From assembly GCA_016218805.1 (NCBI GenBank), contig JACRCW010000168.1, positions 58,886 to 78,885 of the forward strand: a stretch of DNA of 20,000 nucleotides, read 5' to 3'. The stretch comes from Deltaproteobacteria bacterium. Its GTDB lineage: Bacteria; Myxococcota; JACRCW01. Positions 14,998 through 20,000 of this stretch are shown in pieces (within the stretch, counting starts at the first letter, position 1; each line of letters begins with the position of its first letter). The position numbers and the translations under genes were made by a program. The notes below the pieces were generated by a model, which saw only the letters and a list, made by a program, of their open reading frames with translations, did no database searches and was not told where the DNA came from.

Positions 14998-17900
14998 TCA
15001 GGGCTCAAACGCGCCGCGGAAGCGGCCGTCCCCGTCCACGTCAACAAACACCGGGTTGGTCACCGCGTAGGGCGGCACGCCCCCCGTCACCGTGAGGAAG
15101 GTCTGTGGCGTGGTGGCGGATTCGTCCACCGCCACGCGCAGGCCGTCCAGCAGCACCGGCCACAGGACCTGCCGCCCGTGCACGCGCACCAGCAGCGTGG
15201 CGTCACGCCCGGGGAACGGGTTGGCCACCGCCAGGTCCACCGCAAAGGACGCGCGCCAGGTGCGGCGCGTGCCGCCGTTGGGGAGCAGCGTGTCCTGCGG
15301 TGTGAGCGCGGCGGCAGCGGCCACCGTCAGCTCCGGTGCATCATTGCTGGGCGTGGGCATCCCGCCGGGGGACACAATCACGTCCGCCGTGTCCAGCCCC
15401 ATCCACGCGGGGGCCTGCACCTCCACGGTGAGGTCCACGGGCCCGGCCGCCCGCAGCAGGCCGCCGGGAGACACGGTCTGGTTGTTTGCGCGCGCCGTGA
15501 CCACCGGGATGGGCGTGCTGCTGACCACCACGTCCCCGCGGTTGGCGGTGTCTGACCGGCCGGCCAGCGCACCCAGCACCTCCCACGGGTCCGGCAGCGC
15601 CCCCGCCGGCGGGCGGCGCACGCGGACGTACGTGCGCGGGTAACCGGTGTCCCCGCGCTTGAGCTTGTGGGTGTCCGACACGCCGGTCATCACGGGCCGC
15701 AGGCCCACCAGGATCATGTTGGCCACGTCCAGCAGGATGCGGTCCGCCCGGCGGTCCCCGGCGCGGCGGGTGGCCACGGCGCCCGGGTACGGGGCGAAGC
15801 CGTTGAAGATCTCCACGCAGTCAAACCCCGTGCCCCACATGGGCTCTCCCTCCGGGATGCGCATGCGCGTGTTGCTGTACGGCTGCGCGCCCACGTCCCC
15901 GCGCGCCGTGCCGGTCCTGCCCGCCGGGTTGAACTCAAAGGTGAGCGCCGCAACGTCAAAATACGCCTGGAACGGGGAGCCACCCAGGCTGCGCGGGTGG
16001 TTCACCTGCACCACGCGCGCCCCCAGCGCGCGCTGCGCCTCCCAGATCTGCGGCGGCGCCAGGCCCGGCCCGCTGCCGCCGGCCCAGTCCACCGCGCCGC
16101 CGGAGGGCCGCGCGGGGTCCACGGCCAACGGGAAGGCGTTGAAATGCCCGTATTCAAATGGCGTGGTTTCCACGCCGTTGATGGCGCGGATGCGGGAGGA
16201 ATAGCCGAATTCCTCCACCAGCGCCTCCCAGTCCGTGATGACGTCATGGTCCGTGCCCCCAAACAGGGCAATGCCCTCAGCCATGTTGGCAATGAGCCGG
16301 TCCCGCAGCGGAATGGGGCTGTCCGGTGAATTGAGCGTGTGCTGGTGCCAGTCCGTGGCCACGTAGCCGGTGCCGGAGACCACGCGGTGCAGCGTGCCCG
16401 CCACCGCGGCGGACGAAGTGCCCACGTCCACCAACCCTTCCCAGTGGTCAAAGTCCGGGCCCGCCGTGGCCACCACCAGGTAGCGCCCGGGGGCCACCGC
16501 AATGGGGCCGTCGTCGTCAGACGAACAGGTGGCGCTGTAGCGGACGGCGGCAATCCCGTCATGCGGGGCGTCCGCGTCCGCCGCCGTGAGCGCCGGGTCC
16601 GTCCACTGCGGCGGGCCGTACACCGTGACCCGGCAGGGCGCGGGGGCCAGGCCCGGGCTGTCTACGCGGTCCGCCAGCAGGAAACGGTAGGAGAGGCGCC
16701 CCGCGGTGGACAGGCCCACGTCCACCACGTCACCCAGGATGTCCTGCGGTGTGGGGGACACGTAGCCCTCCGCGCGGACCTGCACCACCCGCGGACCGGG
16801 AGGCGTAGCAAACGGCGCCTCGCCGTCGGGGCCGGTGCGCCCGGTGGCAATGGCGTCCACCAGTTCGCCCTGGTTGTTGACGGCGCGCACCAGCACCAGC
16901 GCACCCGCCACGGGGCCCGCGGTGTCCGTCACCCGCACGCGGAAGCTGTGCAGGTTGCGGCCCTGTTGGCGCAGCAGCGCGGCGGAGGCGTCTGCCAGGC
17001 TTGGCCCCGCCGCGGCCAGGTCAAAACCAAAACTGCCCGTGCCGTGGGCGTCCAGGAAGAACTCACTCTCTGACAGCGCCGCCAGGATGTCCGGGCGGCT
17101 GAAGATGCTCACCGTCACGCCGGCCACCTGCACGGTGGGGTTGGTGGAATCCCCCGCCAGCGGCGGCGTCACCGGGTGCGGGCGGATGGCCGCGCCGCCG
17201 GCCCGCCCGGTGAAGCCAAACCAGGGCACCGGCTTGCTGCCATCCAGGATGCCCTGCAGGCTGTAGTCCGGCGTGCCAAAGCCGCCCTCCGCCCGGAACG
17301 GCTCCACCGCCCCCCCGCTGTCCACGACGACACCCACCGGCATCTGCAGGCCGTATTCGCCGTCATTCACCAGTGTGTAGGTCACGCGCAGCACCGGGCT
17401 GTCCGGTTGCAGCGTGTAGGTGGCGACGACGCGCACGGGCAGCGGGCCGTCCGGCTCAAACGGGATGAGCGTGGAGAGGCCCTCAGACAGGAACGCGCCC
17501 AGGTTCACAAAGTCCCACAGCGACGGGCGCCCGTACGCGCGCACCACGGCGGGACCGCCGGTGCTGCCGTCCCGGATGATCTCAATATCCCGGAAATCCA
17601 CGGTCATTCCCAGGTTGAGCAGCGGCTGGATTTCACCGAATTCATCCGGCTGCGGCGCCCCGCCCACGACGGAAACCGCGTCCAGCACGTTGCCGCCAAA
17701 CGGCAACGGCCCGATATCGCGCCCGGGCTTCTGGAGGATGTACGCCGCGGTGCTGTTGCGGATGAGCACGTCACCCAGGCGCCCGTGCGCCGCGTTGCCG
17801 GTGAGCAGGTCCGCGCGGTCCGTGATCACCCGCGCCACCGCGCCGCCCGTCCCGCCCACCGGTGGCAGCGGCGGCAGCGCTTCGCCCAGGGGGCCCACGC

Positions 17901-18033
17901 GGCAGGCGCCGGACTGACACACCTCCACAAACCGGCAGTCCTGGTCAGCACCGCACTTGCGCGGCTGCGCCTGCCACGGCGCCACCACGCAACCCGCCCA
18001 CGCCAACCCCGCCGCCAGCAGCACCCGTCTCAT
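14998..18033 (-). CDS. Large lipoprotein: CehA/McbA-family PHP-like metallohydrolase with N-terminal Cys-rich and beta-rich domains
   Basis: Start ATG 18033 (MRRVLLAAGLAWAG-C) overlaps the NUDIX stop as ATGA. PHP motifs DWHQHTLNSPDS, GTDHD, GVETT...GHFNAFP, VNHPR, EIFNG and VSDTH; C-terminal NPVFVDVDGDG. Confidence 0.8.
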   Translation of the reverse strand: MRRVLLAAGLAWAGCVVAPWQAQPRKCGADQDCRFVEVCQSGACRVGPLGEALPPLPPVGGTGGAVARVITDRADLLTGNAAHGRLGDVLIRNSTAAYILQKPGRDIGPLPFGGNVLDAVSVVGGAPQPDEFGEIQPLLNLGMTVDFRDIEIIRDGSTGGPAVVRAYGRPSLWDFVNLGAFLSEGLSTLIPFEPDGPLPVRVVATYTLQPDSPVLRVTYTLVNDGEYGLQMPVGVVVDSGGAVEPFRAEGGFGTPDYSLQGILDGSKPVPWFGFTGRAGGAAIRPHPVTPPLAGDSTNPTVQVAGVTVSIFSRPDILAALSESEFFLDAHGTGSFGFDLAAAGPSLADASAALLRQQGRNLHSFRVRVTDTAGPVAGALVLVRAVNNQGELVDAIATGRTGPDGEAPFATPPGPRVVQVRAEGYVSPTPQDILGDVVDVGLSTAGRLSYRFLLADRVDSPGLAPAPCRVTVYGPPQWTDPALTAADADAPHDGIAAVRYSATCSSDDDGPIAVAPGRYLVVATAGPDFDHWEGLVDVGTSSAAVAGTLHRVVSGTGYVATDWHQHTLNSPDSPIPLRDRLIANMAEGIALFGGTDHDVITDWEALVEEFGYSSRIRAINGVETTPFEYGHFNAFPLAVDPARPSGGAVDWAGGSGPGLAPPQIWEAQRALGARVVQVNHPRSLGGSPFQAYFDVAALTFEFNPAGRTGTARGDVGAQPYSNTRMRIPEGEPMWGTGFDCVEIFNGFAPYPGAVATRRAGDRRADRILLDVANMILVGLRPVMTGVSDTHKLKRGDTGYPRTYVRVRRPPAGALPDPWEVLGALAGRSDTANRGDVVVSSTPIPVVTARANNQTVSPGGLLRAAGPVDLTVEVQAPAWMGLDTADVIVSPGGMPTPSNDAPELTVAAAAALTPQDTLLPNGGTRRTWRASFAVDLAVANPFPGRDATLLVRVHGRQVLWPVLLDGLRVAVDESATTPQTFLTVTGGVPPYAVTNPVFVDVDGDGRFRGAFEP

Positions 18034-18857
18034 GCCTGCACCCTCTCCGCCACGAACCGCCCGTCCCGCATCACCACCCTGGTCGGCGCGCCGGGCACGC
18101 CGCGGCGCACGGGGTGCCGCGGGTCCCCGGGGAACGCCAGCACCGGCACGCCGCCGTCGTCCGCCAGCACCGGCTCCACCGCCGGGACCTCGGTGGGCTC
18201 GCGCAGCGCGTCCGCCAGCGTGCGGTGCCCGGCCAGCCCGTCCAGCACGCACAGCGTGGGCGGCGGCAGCGTGATGCCGCCGCGCTGGTGCTCAGCCACC
18301 GCGTCCGCGGGGGAGAACCAGCGGCCCTCCACGGCTTCCTGCTGGTCAATGACGGGCTCCTGGCCCGCGGGGAGCTCCACCGCAAAGAAGCGCGCCGTGA
18401 AGCGCCGCGGCTCAAACGCCGGCGTCACCCAATGCGCAAAGTAGCGCAGCGCCCCGCCGTGCAGCGTCCACCCGCGCGCCGCCACCGCTTCCGAAAACGC
18501 CCGCCCGCCGTCCAGCTCCGCGCGCAGTTGGCGCGCCTGTGCCGCGGTGGCGCCCGGCACCAGCAGGACCCCGGCCTCTTCCAGCAGTTCACGGCATCCG
18601 GCCAGGACGTAGGCCAGCGCCTGGTCCACGGGGATGCCCATCCGACCTGCCAGGCCCGCGGCGTCCGGGTGGCGCACCAGGCCGCGCGCGGCGGCCGCGT
18701 GGTCCGCGTCATCCACGCGGCCACCGGGGAACACGTGGGTGCCGCCCATGAAACGCTGCGTGGCGACACGCTTGACCAGGAAGACCTCCAGCGGCGCGCC
18801 GGCGCGCAGCAGCACCGTGGTGGCGGCGGGGCGGGGAGGGGCGGGGGTGTCCGTCAT
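18030..18857 (-). CDS. NUDIX hydrolase (NUDT19-like)
   Basis: PRPAATTVLLR, VFPGGRVD, RELLEEAGV (split Nudix box), HWVTP...RRFTARFF, LPPPT. Confidence 0.88.
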   Translation of the reverse strand: MTDTPAPPRPAATTVLLRAGAPLEVFLVKRVATQRFMGGTHVFPGGRVDDADHAAAARGLVRHPDAAGLAGRMGIPVDQALAYVLAGCRELLEEAGVLLVPGATAAQARQLRAELDGGRAFSEAVAARGWTLHGGALRYFAHWVTPAFEPRRFTARFFAVELPAGQEPVIDQQEAVEGRWFSPADAVAEHQRGGITLPPPTLCVLDGLAGHRTLADALREPTEVPAVEPVLADDGGVPVLAFPGDPRHPVRRGVPGAPTRVVMRDGRFVAERVQA

Positions 18858-18989
18858 GGGGGCGGGAGACTGTCACAGCGGCGGCGGTGTCCGCCACGCA
18901 TCCCGCGCCGTGCTCAAATAGCGCACCACGGCGTCGTTCATCCGGCGCAACGTCCGCCTGGTCAGCGGCCCAACGCGGCACTGCGGGTA

Positions 18990-19005
18990 CGGCATGCCGC
19001 GTGCT
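18990..19005 (+). promoter_or_regulatory. Putative sigma54 (-24/-12) promoter
   Basis: CGGCATG-CCGC-GTGCT has GG-N10-GC spacing and resembles TGGCACG-N4-TTGCW. The predicted TSS near 19016 is just upstream of the GGAGG SD (19018-19022). Confidence 0.5.
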
Positions 19006-19029
19006 CCGGGGCCGCGCGGAGGTGCCAAC

Positions 19030-20000
19030 ATGAACGGATTGGGTCTGTGCACACGGCACGCGAGCGCCATGGCGCTGCTGGTGTGGGCAGCCGGCTGTCG
19101 CTGGGGGGCGCCGGACCGGCCGGCGGGCCCGGTGGGTGACGACGCGCCGGGCTGCGCGGAGAACAGCGTGGCGGTGGTGACGTCTGCCGGGGTCCTTCCG
19201 TGTCAGGCGCGCTGCCTGCCGGGTGAGAGCTCCCCGTGCCGGCGGGGTGAAGGCTGCGTGGCGCGTGACGACGGCGCCATGAGCTACTGCATGCCCATCT
19301 ATCCGACGGATCCGGCTGCCGGCGCCGCGTTGCGCTGCCCGGAGCGCGGCGTGGCGGCGGTCTCGTCGGCGGGGACCTTTCCGTGCCAGGCGCGCTGCCA
19401 ACCGGGGGACCATTCCCCGTGCCGCACCGGCGAAGGATGCGTGTGGCGTGACGACGGCGCAGAGAGCTGGTGCATGCCCATCTATCCCGCGCACCCGCAC
19501 GCCAGCACCCGGTTGACCTGCCCGGAGCGCGGCGTGGCGGCGGTGTCGTCCGCGGGGATCTTCCCGTGCCAGGCGCGCTGCCAGTCCGGTGACAGTTCTC
19601 CGTGCCGCGCCGGTGAAGGCTGCGTGGCGCGTGACGACGGCGCCGAGAGCTACTGCATGCCCATCTATCCCGTGGATCCGGACGCCAGCGCCGCACTGGC
19701 CTGCTCCCACCACAGCGTGCCCGCGGTGTCGGCCGCCGGGGTGCTCCCGTGCCAGGCGCGGTGCGTGCCCGGGGACAGCTCGCCGTGCCGGCGTGGCGAA
19801 GGTTGCGTCTCCCGTGACGACGGCGCACAGAGCTACTGCATGCCCATCTACCCGACGGACCCGGCCGCCGGGGCTGGGTTGAGCTGCCCGCAGCGCAGCG
19901 TGGCGGCGGTGTCGGCGGCGGGGATGTTCCCGTGCCAGGCGCGTTGCACGCCGGGAGACAGCTCCCCGTGCCGCACGGGTGAGGGTTGCGTGTCCCGTGA
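19030..20000 (+). CDS. Cys-rich tandem-repeat lipoprotein, 3' truncated by the window edge (absent from the ORF track)
   Basis: GGAGG SD and ATG 19030. MNGLGLCTRHASAMALLVWAAG-C is a lipobox. The frame is open to the window end and carries 61-aa repeats of the form CPERGVAAVSSAGxFPCQARCxPGDSSPCRxGEGCVxRDDGAxSYCMPIYP. Confidence 0.8.
   Translation, partial: MNGLGLCTRHASAMALLVWAAGCRWGAPDRPAGPVGDDAPGCAENSVAVVTSAGVLPCQARCLPGESSPCRRGEGCVARDDGAMSYCMPIYPTDPAAGAALRCPERGVAAVSSAGTFPCQARCQPGDHSPCRTGEGCVWRDDGAESWCMPIYPAHPHASTRLTCPERGVAAVSSAGIFPCQARCQSGDSSPCRAGEGCVARDDGAESYCMPIYPVDPDASAALACSHHSVPAVSAAGVLPCQARCVPGDSSPCRRGEGCVSRDDGAQSYCMPIYPTDPAAGAGLSCPQRSVAAVSAAGMFPCQARCTPGDSSPCRTGEGCVSR
19153..20000 (+). 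repeat. 183-bp tandem repeat, four complete units plus one partial
   Basis: TGCATGCCCATCTA occurs at 19288, 19471, 19654 and 19837, exactly 183 bp apart. The first Cys codon of each unit is at 19153, 19336, 19519, 19702 and 19885. Confidence 0.95.

Noticed and set aside
223..18921. Numerous long antisense or overlapping ORFs (e.g. 7973-9376, 11145-12614, 17176-18444)
   Set aside because: These are expected in high-GC DNA with few stop codons. They are Arg/Ala/Pro-rich, lack motifs and overlap well-supported genes.
19153..20000. The 183-bp repeats as a CRISPR array or non-coding repeat; minus-strand ORFs 18709-19713 and 18962-19828
   Set aside because: There are no unique spacers, the period is a multiple of 3, and variation preserves the Cys pattern in the + frame, so this is a coding repeat.

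Overview
This is a very GC-rich bacterial window. The proteins (MtsD-like vWA/TSP3 lipoprotein, many Cys-rich lipoproteins, Ffh N-terminus) point to Myxococcota; that assignment is an inference. It holds about 19 CDSs, in order: the C-terminus of an FGE-sulfatase-domain protein, an orphan ABC substrate-binding protein, a YycJ/WalJ-like MBL hydrolase, a three-lipoprotein operon led by an MtsD/CglD-like protein, sppA-ihfB-HIT, a split imuA / Lys-Glu repeat gene / imuB module, ffh, a hypothetical membrane protein, a PEGA protein, a NUDIX-CehA/McbA-ThiF/MoeB operon, and a lipoprotein with 61-aa six-Cys tandem repeats that runs off the right edge and is missing from the ORF track. Three signals stand out. 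(1) imuA and imuB are separated by a gene for a secreted Lys/Glu/Asp repeat protein with its own terminator, and each imu gene has a near-identical LexA-like box overlapping an extended -10. (2) The YycJ-like hydrolase ends in a beta-clamp-like motif (QMDLF), while ImuB's equivalent motif looks degenerate. (3) The Cys-repeat lipoprotein is preceded by a sigma54-like promoter. I found no rRNA, tRNA, CRISPR array or mobile element. All family calls rest on motif recognition by eye; no database search was run.
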